Source of the DNA: Octopus bimaculoides
Taxonomy: Eukaryota
Assembly (NCBI RefSeq): GCF_001194135.2
Contig: NC_068982.1
Span: 152,130,437-152,194,436, forward strand
Length of the DNA stretch: 64,000 nt
Reading direction: 5' to 3'
In this document: piece after piece, positions 40,557 to 53,148 of the stretch
Layout: every line of letters begins with the position of its first letter
Numbering within the stretch: the stretch's first letter is position 1
The notes under the pieces: generated by a model
What the model saw: only the letters and a program-made list of their open reading frames with translations
Told to the model about the DNA's origin: nothing
The model's database searches: none
Program-made: the position numbers and the translations under genes

Positions 40557-41312
40557 CAACCACATGATTCAGGGTTAAGGTTCCACAGCATGGCACCTTG
40601 GGCAGGTGTTTTCTACTATAGCCTTGGGCCAACCAAAGCCTCATGAGTAGATTTGGTAGACAGAAACTGAGAGAAGTCTGTCATATATATATATAGAATT
40701 AATATAAACAGTTGCGCAGAATACAATACCATAAAGGAAAAATTCAGTCATCACTAAATGTAACTAAGAGTGCTGAAACACATACATTGCTAGAAATAGG
40801 AGTAAAATACTCCTTGTGCTGTAGGAAGAGCACAAATGTATACACATGCTGACAGGGAACAAAACATCCTCGTGACAGAGGAAGAAACCTCCCCAGAAAT
40901 ACATGAAACTTGACACCTAGTTTGAGAGATTCTCGATTCAATCATAGAGAGGTTTCTTCCCTCTCAGCATTTGTGTATACATTTGCACTCTTCCTACAGC
41001 ACAAGGAGTATTTCACTCCTATTTCTAGCAATGTAGGAGTCTCAGAAGCCTTAGTCACATTTAGTGATGATTGTAATATATATATGGTGGGAGGTATTTT
41101 TGTGTCTGTGTTTGTCTCCCACCACTGCTTGACAACCAGTTATGGTATGTTTACATCTCTGTAACATAGAGGTTTAGCAAAAGAGAGATAGAATAAGTAG
41201 CAGGCTTAAATAGCAACAAACTCTAGGGTCAATTCTTTTGGCTAAAATTCTTCAAGGTGGTGTCCCAGCATGGCCCCAGTCTAATAGTTAAAACAAGTAA
41301 AATATAAAAGAT
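40557..41312 (+). mobile_element. SINE family A interrupted by a fold-back insertion
   Basis: Head at 40557-40682 and 3' part at ~41085-41312, split within the central TA-rich tract. Confidence 0.78.
40745..41073. mobile_element. Fold-back/MITE with about 115-bp TIRs, nested in a SINE
   Basis: cagtcatcactaaatg...acattgctagaaataggagtaaaatactccttgtgctgtaggaagag is mirrored by ctcttcctacagcacaaggagtatttcactcctatttctagcaatgt...catttagtgatgattg. Confidence 0.88.
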
Positions 41313-41344
41313 AGAGGAAATATATATATATGTTTGTATGTATG

Positions 41345-41393
<49 letters not shown>

Positions 41394-41479
41394 ACACACA
41401 TACATACACACACATATACATAAGCACACAACAACATATATGCAAGTATATATATACATGACATGAATATATATAAGCA

Positions 41480-41503
41480 TAGACAGACAGACAGACAGAC
41501 AGG

Positions 41504-41547
<44 letters not shown>

Positions 41548-41548
41548 C
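41480..41548. repeat. (GACA)n/(GATA)n tetranucleotide repeat
   Basis: Direct reading of the sequence. Confidence 0.93.
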
Positions 41549-41798
41549 TTAGGCATGTCTAAATAGGTGAAAGGTTTGCTTTTCAATCATGAGGTCCCTG
41601 ATGCTATATCTGGTGAACTCAAACCTTGTGAATAAAATTGTGTTGATAGAAAATGTTTTGAACTTATACCAACATCTTCACAAATTCATGGAACTATTTT
41701 GATTCAAAGACGACTTATGAGTCTGTCAGAAACTATGCTCGATTTTGAGAATTCAAATAAATCTCAAGGGACACCTTCATGCACACATACATGTGTAC

Positions 41799-41832
<34 letters not shown>

Positions 41833-42948
41833 GTACATATCTACACACATAAATACACCTACATATATACATACATCATATATATGTACATACAGAGAAA
41901 GGAAGATTGAGAGAATAAAATATATAAAAAGAGAGTGTATAGTAAGAAAGAAAAAGAATGAGAGTGAAGAGAATGGTGGAGGTATGAAGAATGCCTTTTT
42001 GTTTGTATGATATATGACGATAAATATATATGTTGCTATGTATTGTAACTTTTATAAATATTTTTATAAAATTGAGTGTCTACAATTCTGTCATATTTAT
42101 ATACAACTTAATAAATCAAGATAATTTTGTTCAATTAATTTTCAATTGAATATGTACTAATTTTCATATTCATACACATGTGTGTGTATGTGTGTCTTTA
42201 CATATTCTTCAATGTATATATGTACATATGAATGTATACTTTATATGTTAATATACTAATATATGCAGATATGTGCAGGGCACCTGTATGAACAGGTGTG
42301 GACATGCATTTGTGAATGTGTGTATGATTCTGTGTGTGTCTACCTCTCAATGTGAGAGGAATTGTTGAGTTTAAAAATGCATCAAGGAAAGTAAAAGGAA
42401 GGTTAAAGTTTTATTCATTCCAGACTATGCTAATTTGTTTAACATATAAATGTAATCTGCTACATATATTTCCTATATTTATTCACTAAATAAATCAATA
42501 CATACATATATATTATATGCATATATATGTATATGTATATATATATATCTATATTGTACATCCTTATATTTTTTAAAGTATTATTGGTGTAGCTAGGTAT
42601 AGATGTTTTGATTGTTATTATTGACAGCTTGCAAACATTTGTCAGGACAAGAACAACGGAAACACTCGGAGAAAAAAAGTAAGAATAATTAGATAAACAA
42701 AAATAATAAAATATCAGTAATAGTAATAATAATAATAATAATAACAACAATAATAATACATTTATATCTATTTTAGATATTATCTAAGAATTGTAGTATT
42801 AGCATATTTTTTATGTTTGATATTTTGGATAATATTTTATGTATAAATACTTTTTATTTCAAAATTTCATCTGCATTATGTATATATACATATATATATA
42901 TGTGTATTATATTTATTTATATATATATATATATGTATTATATTTATT

Positions 42949-43004
<56 letters not shown>

Positions 43005-43466
43005 AATAAAATGTGAATATATATATATGTATATATTATATACATATATTAATTACACACACACACATATATATGGACATATATATATACATGTATACAC
43101 ACATATATACATATACACATACATATATGTACATATATATATATATATACATATATATATGTACACACATATATATATATACATATATATATATACACAT
43201 ATACATATATNNNNNNNNNNNNNNNNNNNNNNNNNNNNNNNNNNNNNNNNNNNNNNNNNNNNNNNNNNNNNNNNNNNNNNNNNNNNNNNNNNNNNNNNNN
43301 NNNNNNNNNNNNNNNNNNNNNNNNNNNNNNNNNNNNNNNNNNNNNNNNNNNNNNNNNNNNNNNNNNNNNNNNNNNNNNNNNNNNNNNNNNNNNNNNNNNN
43401 NNNNNNNNNNNNNNNNNNNNNNNNNNNNNNNNNNNNNNNNNNNNNNNNNNNNNNNNNNNNNNNNNN

Positions 43467-43690
43467 GTACATGAAGATGCTGAAAAGTTCCTGGTTTTGC
43501 TTAAAAGAAAATAACGAAGCATCAGTTAATTATGATTTTATCAAACATATTCCCCTCTAAGATTCACACACTTATTGGAGATGCAGCAGTCTTTCAGTTT
43601 TTTAAGCTCTGTAAAAGAACTTGGAAGGTTGGGCCTCCAACCAGGCCTTTCACAATACCCTTAAAGCCAGGAACTTTTCAGTAGCCCCTA
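43467..43690. mobile_element. mariner-type MITE, about 220 bp (copy 1)
   Basis: TIR core ctgaaaagttcctggtttt (43480) pairs with aaagccaggaacttttcag (43663-43681). Homologous to 62599-62819. Confidence 0.82.
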
Positions 43691-43724
<34 letters not shown>

Positions 43725-44414
43725 GTATATATATATACATATATAAGCTTACGGTTGATGAGGGAAAATATTGTTGACTACTAACATTTAGTGTTGAAGT
43801 GTATACCACCATCAGCTAACAATATTATCATACAATTTCACTGTGATATTGTGAAATGGTGAAATCTCATTGAAAATCTTTGCTGTCAACTCAATTCTTT
43901 TGTGACTCACTTTTTCACTTTCAAAATAAGTTGGAGATATGGAAGTGTCTTGCTGGATGCGATATTTATTGGAACTTGTTTCAATTTTTTCTTTTATTTT
44001 TTGTTCATATTGCATTCCTTTCCATTTATTTCCTATTGTTAGTTTAAAATTACATACTTGCATTTCTGACCATCATTCAAAGCTTGCTACATCCATTCCA
44101 CCCATTGTGAAGACATTTAACTCTGCCTCAGCAACAATAGTTGTTAGCTTGTTGACAAACCTCAACACTCATTAATTGTTTAAGCTAAGAATATGAAAAA
44201 TATATATCAAATAGAAAAAAAAAATGCTCATATTTATGCAACTATCTTTTTTTAAAAGAATAATATTTTATCCATTCTAGCATGGAACAAATGTATGCAA
44301 ATATATGTATAGACATGTATGTTTGCATATCAATGTATCTATCTCTCTCTTTATATATATATATATATAAATATGTATGTCAGTCAGGCGGTATATATAT
44401 ATACCGCCTGACTG

Positions 44415-44712
44415 GCCTTTGTAGGGTTTTCGAGCGAGATCGTTGCCAGTGCCCCTGGACTGGCTCTTGTGCGGGTGGCACATGAAAGACACCATTTCGA
44501 GCGTGGCCGTTTTCGTGCGGGTGACACGTAAAAGCACCCACTACACTCTCTGAGTGGTTGGCGTTAGGAAGGGCATCCAGCTGTAGAAACTCTGCCAAAT
44601 TAGATTGGAGCCTGGTGTTGCCATCCGGTTTCATAAGTCCTCAGTCAAATCGTCCAACCCATACTAGCATGGAAGGCGGACGTTAAACGATGATGATGAT
44701 GATGATGATGAT
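44415..44712 (+). mobile_element. Young RTE-tail retroposon
   Basis: CpG-rich, about 95% identical by eye to 63548-63826, and ends in (GAT)n. Confidence 0.88.
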
Positions 44713-44888
44713 CTCAAACTCTTACAATTTGTATATGAAAGAGGAAGATAGTACTCAATAAGCAGCTGGGATGTATTTANNNNNNNNNNNNNNNNNNNNN
44801 NNNNNNNNNNNNNNNNNNNNNNNNNNNNNNNNNNNNNNNNNNNNNNNNNNNNNNNNNNNNNNNNNNNNNNNNNNNNNNNNNNNNNNNN

Positions 44889-44933
<45 letters not shown>

Positions 44934-45425
44934 TTGAAATTTATAGTAAAACAAAAGACAAAGATAGGTGTATGAAAAACAGGTGTATATATGTATGTTT
45001 ATATGTACATGTGTGTGAGTAAGTGTGTATTTATACATATACACATACATATATATACATACAAACATATATATACATCTATGCATACACATACACACAC
45101 ACACATATATATATACATATAGATATAGATAATGTTACACTTTATGTGTGTATATGTATATGTGTGCGTGTGCATTTCTCATTTTCTACTGATGATTGAG
45201 TTTAGCTTTATTGTAAGATATGTGAAACATGCCAGTAGATTAATGTTCCAGTGTTATTTTAAATTATTCACATTTCCACCAAAAGGATGTACTGAGCAAG
45301 TTTGTATTTTGCATTAATGCATTAACAAAATATTTGCATGTGTGTGTATCTGCTTGAATATATCTGGGTGTATATGTATGTCTACACATACAAATACACA
45401 CACTTATACACACACACACACACAC

Positions 45426-45474
<49 letters not shown>

Positions 45475-46719
45475 GCACATACACACATGCATATACATGT
45501 ATGCGTATGTGTGTGTGTGCGCGTTAGTGTGTGAGTGTATTTGCATGTGTGTGTGTGTGTGCATACAATTATGTGCAGTTAAGAATAGCAATATGTAACT
45601 TTATATTTATTTTCATTTGAAAAGGCATTTCAAAACGACCAGTTTTGAGTCTAAATTCATTTAGATATGTTTTATATCATTTTATCTTTTGTAACTACAA
45701 CTCATATTCTCTCATATACATCTATTCATGCAAATATATAAACTAATACATACATACATATACACACAAAACACACACACATACAATCACAAACACGCAC
45801 ACATACACACACGTTTATAGAATGCACAAGTACACTTGTACATATATATAGTTTATGATCTTTGCATTAAGCTACGCTTTCTATCAGTCCACATGTGCTA
45901 TATATATGAATGAAAATTTTTAATTACAAGTGATATGGCTTCTGATTTTGAGGTATTTCATTAATCTGCAATTTGCACTAGAGGCTTCCATATCACTTAT
46001 ATGACTGTAAGAGGGGAATCTTACACACACACATGCATATATAGATGGATGCATGTATGTTTTCAAAGATGTGTAAATACATGTATACATATCCATTTAG
46101 GCGTGTGTGTGTGTGTGTGTGTGTGCATGCACACAGGTGTGTGTATGTGTGCATGTGCACAAGTGTGTATGTGTGTGTAGCACTTCTTAGTATCACAATA
46201 AATCATTTACTTTACATAATTACATATTGAGTCTTCATTTAAACTATGGTCTTCTCAGATCTATACTGGCCATATTCCGCAGACAAATACCAATATGTTA
46301 AAATGCTTACAGGAAAAATTTATGATTTTTTAAAATCATTTCTCTCATTAGAGGACGTATCATAATTACCAAAGGGTAATTATGACCAGCTCCACTTGAA
46401 AAGGGGAGAAAATCTTAAGATTAAAAATTAAAAATCCCCCATAATTAACGTCATTAAGGAAAGGGACAGGCTTTAGAGAGAGGACAGTTGTGGACACATG
46501 TCTCTGGCTCAACAGACTTCATCAGCAAGACAATTGTCCCACCATATTTCCAGCAGCCAAAGGACTTAGGCTTATGCAAGACAAAGTAGAAAACAGTAAT
46601 AGCCTAGCATTTCAACAAAATGATCTAAGAGAAATAATTGGTCAGTGGCATGTATTTGACTTACATAGACAAATACCAGTATGTTAAATAACTTATAACA
46701 AAATCCTCTAGAGGATATC

Positions 46720-46767
<48 letters not shown>

Positions 46768-47709
46768 TCAATAAGATTCATATCTTATAACTGGAATCAA
46801 AAACTTTTAGTTTAATGTGTCGATTATTTCTTAACTACATGAATTTGATTACAAAATTAATGTTAAAGATAACAAGATATTTATATGCTCATGTGTGACA
46901 AGTTAATATATAAACTATTCTAAGGAATCTGAAGTTGTCTAACCTCTCAGCAGAGCAAAGTGAAGATATTTCAGTATCTTATCAGTTAGGATTTTGTTGG
47001 TTATATATTCATTTGTGTTCCATTCCTCATGGCCAACTATTATTGATGATAAGGAAGAGAAGAATAGTCACAGAAACATTTCTGGGTCCAAGAAGTTTAC
47101 TAAAAAGTTAATAAATGCATTTGTCACAGACCCAACTTATTTTCGATTAGTTGTAGAGCATATGACTTGATGAGATGAATTAAGATGTGCTTTATAAGGT
47201 TTATGTGAGTCTAAGTACCACACACCTGTATATGTGTGTGCAAAGTGCAGTTATTCTTATAAAAATAAATACTCTCTTCATTCCAAATGTACTGAGTTCT
47301 TTCCTGAATTGTAGTTTCCCTAACCATGCAGTTATATGTACATATAAGTGTGCATATGTGTATACATACACACACATATACATAGACACACATGATATGT
47401 ATATCCATATATGCACACAAACACACATATACATACATGCACACAAACATACATAGACACACTTTCCATAAATATCCTATAATATAGTCAATTACCAAAC
47501 TGCATGAATAGCCTGTTTATTTTCTTATTCCAGCATGTCTTAGAATATAATGGTTTGTTCTCTCCTATTTTGCTATTATAGTGTTATTTTGGCAGATCTT
47601 TATTACTTTTTTTTTTTTACATTTATTTCTCTTCTTTATTTCTGGAGACACAGTGTAATTTGACAAAAATCACTACTGAAAAATAATTTTATTTCTTTTG
47701 TAATTTCAG

Positions 47710-47859
47710 TTCTTAGCGCTGGCTGGCAAGTTTATGCGAATATTTAACTTGATATGCCTGATGTTCCTGCTTGGTCACTGGAACGGTTGCCTGCAGTTCC
47801 TCGTGCCCATGTTGCAAGATTTCCCCAAAGATTGTTGGGTGTCCATTGAAGAATTGCAG
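47710..47859 (+). CDS. HCN: HCN channel exon: end of S4-S5 linker, S5 and turret
   Basis: Acceptor tttcttttgtaatttcAG at 47708-47709 and donor GTcagg at 47860. The 150-nt exon translates to [50 protein letters not shown], matching the HCN S5 motif RIFNL...[15 protein letters not shown]. It joins the next exon in phase 0. It is absent from the ORF track. Confidence 0.96.
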
Positions 47860-49483
47860 GTCAGGTAAATCTTAATTTACGAAATGTCTTATTTCCAAAG
47901 ACAACAAAATGTATGATCTTAAATTGATGTAATATTTTAAATTGATGCATATGTGTGTGTGTGTGTAAATGTGTATGTGTGTGTATAAATCCATATTTTG
48001 ATTGAGGAAAACTCTGACTAAAAGCATTCCAGCTGTGGTTCTCCCATCTTATACCCAAACTTATTGTATCTAACAACTACATTAGCCAACATGTCCTTTC
48101 TGTGCAAAGATACCATGGTGTGATCTGAGAGAGAGAAGTTATTGACCAACAACTCTACTCTAACAATTTAGAGGCTCCCTTGTTGATCCTTCACTCAAAC
48201 AGATTCATTACTTACTCAAATGCTATCACCAACGACCTAATACTTTTGTCATGTATGATATGTTATAGTGAGTTTGAGTAAAAATCTCACTGAGACTGGC
48301 TTTATGCTTCAATCCACCAGGATAGATAAAGGAAAATAATTATCAAATACCCAAGTTTGTATTAATTTTTTTTCTTACTCCTTACCCACCTCATTAAACT
48401 ACTAAAATATCACAAGCCAACAAGGGAACCTCTCAGCAATCACTCAGCCTGTTTAAGATAGCAGCCATATCTCCCTCTTCAAAGGTACAAGCATAGATCT
48501 GTACTTATGAAATCACTTCATAACCATGTTGTTTCAAGCTTGCTCCTATTGCTTAGGATCTTGAACAAATGTCACAAGCCCTGGTTGACTAATACCTTGA
48601 GAAGGAATTTGATAGGCAGAATGTGTGTGTGTGCATGCATGCATGCATGTGTGTGTGTGTGTGTGTGTGTCTGTGTGTGTGTGTGTGTAAACTAGCATCA
48701 GAAATTGGGGTTTGGTAGAGGTCAAAAATGTTAACTTAGCTATTTGATAAAAAAAATACTGATTGAAATAAGTTCTGGAGCCAATTTTATTGACTAAAAC
48801 CCTTGAGGGTTGTGCTGTCACAAGAGGTGAAGTCCAGTGAATCAAACTAGTTAAAATAAATGAATACAGTGCTGAGTATTCACATTATGTTGTTACAGTA
48901 GTTGAGTGTTATGGTTTTGAATGTATCATTTATCTTACAAATGTCTGTATTTTGTTTTTAAACAATTGTTTTCCTATATTTTACTTTCTTTCACTGTTAA
49001 ATTTACTAATATTAATGTCAATGAAAAATATGAACTAAGTAAAATCACATCAGAAACAAGTGCAGCAGCAAATATCAAAAGAAAATTTAAAAAGTCTTTG
49101 TTGTATCTTGGCAGGGTCATTATGCCAATAAGAAACACCTGCACCGGGTCTATTTCATTTCTTTTGTTGTTATTAGACAATTAGTAAACCATTTAAACAA
49201 TTGTCTAATCGATTTTTTGATTAATTGTTTGGTCAATCAATATATTAGATTCATCAAAGTCCTTTTGTTATCATCTGTGGCTTCATCAATAACATAGCTG
49301 CTTTACTCCAGATCTGTCTCTCATCCCTAGTTTTCAGATTATATAATTATATTAATTGGGATATGAATGACTATATGAAGAAAAAAGAGTCATGTATATA
49401 TGTGTCTGTGAGCATGTGCATGTGTGTATGTATGCATGTGTATATGTTTTATTATTCAATATATGTGTGTGTGTGTGTATGTG

Positions 49484-49537
<54 letters not shown>

Positions 49538-49555
49538 TATGTATATGTGTATATA

Positions 49556-49638
<83 letters not shown>

Positions 49639-50442
49639 GGGGAAATGCATTATAAACTGGAGGCATACAAAGTAGAGGTGAATGAAATATGTGTGAATAA
49701 GTGGACATGGAAAAACCTTTCATAATGAAAATAGTCTCAGGAGATAATTATCGCCATAGACAATGTATGAAAGCACAATTTGGCTGTAAATGACATTCTC
49801 AGATCATAGGCTCTGCTTCATTAGCTAGAAATACTGAAACAGTCTGTCAGAATCCTATATTACATTATATTTATGTAATATAAAATAATATAACATATAC
49901 CTTCTTTCTTCTTTTATTTGTTTCACTTGTTAGACTGTGGTCATGCTGGAGCACTGGCTTGAATTTTTTTAGTTGAACGAATCAACCCTAGTATTTATCT
50001 TTTTTAAAGCTTGGTGCTTATTCTATCAGTCTCTTTTGCCAAACTACTATGGCTGGAGGCTCTTCTTAATGCCAACCATTCCAAGAGTGTAGTGAGTGCC
50101 AGATAGATAGACTATTCTTAGTTATATAATATATATCTTATGAAAATGTTTTATATATACACATATTATGTGTATAGTGTGTGTGTGTGCGTGCATGTAT
50201 GTTTGTGTGTCTGTTACTGTCTCCTTGCCTTGACATCACATAATAGTCATAAACAAATGTCAAATATCTTAGTCATGCAAGCAGTGTCCTTCATTCCCAA
50301 TCTTCTATGAGAAAACAGAAGATAGGAAACAGGTAAACATTGCCTCACTTGAAAACGGATGAAGTTAGTTATTGGAAGCACATCCAGCTGTAGAAAATCT
50401 GCTTAGTAAAAAAATAAATATATATATAAGGTTGCAATGATT

Positions 50443-50900
50443 AAAGTGGTGACTTCTTTTGAATATCTGGATAACATTGGGTATGTTGATGGAAACCTAA
50501 ATGCAAAAATCATTTCTCATATTCAAAGGGCAGCAAAAGCCTTTGGCAGCCTTGAAACTAATGTCTAGTCACAATGCCATATTAAAGCTGACACTGAGAC
50601 TATGTATACATCTCATTTATTTTTTCTGCATTGTTGTATTCTTCTGAAATTTGGACAATATACATGCGTCAAGTAAAAATGTTGAAAATATTTCACTAGA
50701 AATGTCTCCACCACATACTCAAAATAAGTAGGTCCTCACTCATTCTTGACATTGAGGTTCTTGCTGAAGATAGAATCATGTCAATCCAAACTACGCTTAT
50801 TAGGAATCAACTACAATGAACAAACCATCTCATCCATATGGATGATGAGTGTATTCCTCAAAAAATGCTTTATGGTGAACTTATGCAGGGAAAACATGCT
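50443..50900 (+). mobile_element. Decayed RTE-BovB-like LINE 3' coding region
   Basis: KVVTSFEYL...DGNL......IQRAAKAFGSL, YSSEIWTIY.RQVK.L..FH.KCL..IL and QL....H...MDD..IPQKMLYGEL..GK match BovB-type motifs. Confidence 0.72.
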
Positions 50901-50954
50901 TGAGTTAAGTAAATCAAAATTAAATCAAATCACAATCAAATGGAAATTGTAATT

Positions 50955-51345
50955 GTGGCCATTACCAGTGCTGGTGGCAAGCGATAAGCACCATTCATTC
51001 ATGTGTGGGTCACTGCCAGAGCTGCCTGACTGGCTCCTTGCGACGGTGGCACATAAAAAAGCACCATCTGAATGTAATCGATGCCAGCCCCACTGCCCAG
51101 ACTGGCTCCTGTGCTGGTGGCACATAAAAAGCACCATCTGAACATGGCTGATGCCAGTGCTGCTTGACTAGCTCCCATGCTGGTGGCACATAAAAAGCAC
51201 CCACTACACTCTCAGATGTTTCTACATCCAGCTGTAGAAACATTGCCAGATCAGATGGAGCCTGGTGTGGCCTCCTGGCTTGCTAGTCTCCAGTCAAATC
51301 ATCAACCCCATGCCAGCATGGAAAACGGACGTTATATGATGATGG
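50955..51345 (+). mobile_element. RTE-tail retroposon with four ~70-bp tandem modules
   Basis: ggtggcacataaaaagcacc recurs four times, followed by the family tail. Confidence 0.8.
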
Positions 51346-52240
51346 TATATAATTATATATGTTTACATACATTCTCACATACATGTGTGTGTGTGTGCGT
51401 GCGCTCACACGCAAAAGATCTAGTATTCACAAAACACATTCATTCATACACACACTTACATACCAATGTACATGGATTATCTTTGCATCAACTCAATAAA
51501 TAAGCCTTATATAAATAATTCCATTAATGATTGGATTTACTAGATTGATATCTCTGTGGACTTGTCTATAAGCATTTCTGTTTTATAGAAAATCATTAGT
51601 GAAGAGCAGACAATAACACAACAACATCAACAACGAGAGCCTCTATGTCACCACTCAACTCGCTAGAAATAGTTGTAGAATCTCTCTGAACTGACAGCCT
51701 ACCATGTGAAATAGGGAAGGGGTTCCTTGGATAGTGTAATACACTGTACCCTATAAAGGTGGGATAGTTATGACAGGAACGACTTGAGACACACAATTAA
51801 GCACACCGTTGTCATTGTCTTCCTCATCATTAACATTAACACAATTGCAGTTATTGCCACCTTCTTCCTGCTCATTGTCATCATCATTATCAACAATAAC
51901 TTGTTAATAAAGTTACATGAAATCATTATTTCTGAAAGTGACTCTACTTTGTCACTCTAAATTTTCCTAAAATGACACACAATGACTTAAAAATAGACAG
52001 TAAGGTAGTCAATGTAATCACTATATAAGTAAATATACATACTTACATGCATTGTCAAAGCTGTTTATTTAAGTTGTGTATTTAATGTTATCAACTGATT
52101 TTTAAAACTGATGGGTACCAAGCATCTGTACAACATTGTTATACCCTCTGCTTAAAGTTATTATCTCATAATTGTTACATAAAAGGTCTATATTTGAAAG
52201 TGATCATAATAACTGACTTCCATTACATGCACACACATAT

Positions 52241-52631
52241 GGATGAGTGGTAAGAAGTTTGCTCCCCAACCACATGGTTCTAAGTCAAGTCCCACTGCAT
52301 GGCAAGTTTCTTCTACAATAAGCCTCAGGCTGACCGAAGCCTTATGAGTGGATTTAGTAGACAGAAACTGAAAGCAGCCCAGTGTACATATATGTATATT
52401 TATATGTATATGTCTTTGTGTATGTGTTTGTCCCCCACCACTGCTTGACACTGGATTTGATGTTTTCAGGTCCCTGTAACTTAGCAGTTCAGTGAAAGAG
52501 ATCAATAGCATAAGAACCAGGTTTTACAAGACAATAATAAGTACTAGGGTTGATTCATTCGACTAAAATTCTTCAAGATGGTACACCAGCATGGCCATAG
52601 TCTAATGACTGAAACAAGAGAAAAAGAAAGA
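52241..52631 (+). mobile_element. tRNA-derived SINE family A
   Basis: Same head, core and tail motifs as 31449-31841. Confidence 0.82.
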
Positions 52632-52633
52632 GA

Positions 52634-52670
<37 letters not shown>

Positions 52671-53094
52671 TAGTATAAGAGTATAAGATGTGAATTCAGA
52701 GAATTGTGCAGTGTCACAAAAAGCTCCTCTTTCTTTATTTGCATTAATTTGTGAATATACAATTGTATTGCACAATGCCAAGCATACATAGTAATGCAAA
52801 TATGTAAGCATAATGTCTTCCACACTGAAATTAATAATATATGAAGAAGGTTGTGAAACAGTCATAATCCTATGGGAGTCACGTGGTTAAATAAATATAT
52901 ATATTTATAAATAAATTTATTTTATTTATCTCACCTCACATACCACCTAACTTTAAATTCTTAAATACATATATATAATGTTTGAGGGTCTGATAAAGCT
53001 ATAAGCTGTTACTCAGCCATGCAACTATGAGTCCACCACATCTTATAGTAGAAACAGCTGTAAGATAAGTTCATAAGATAATTTATTCCTTTTC

Positions 53095-53144
<50 letters not shown>

Positions 53145-53148
<4 letters not shown>

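Noticed and set aside
46964-47170. 68-codon stop-free frame (…HSSWPTIIDDKEEKNSHRNISGSKKFTKKLINAF…) 550 nt before the S5 exon, considered as an alternative S4-S5 linker exon
   Set aside because: No phase-0 acceptor with a pyrimidine tract and no convincing phase-0 donor.
50955-51200. CRISPR-like look of the repeated ggtggcacataaaaagcacc word with spacers (also 28440-28690)
   Set aside because: The spacers are homologous to one another, no cas genes are present, and the array is the 3' UTR of an RTE retroposon in an animal intron.
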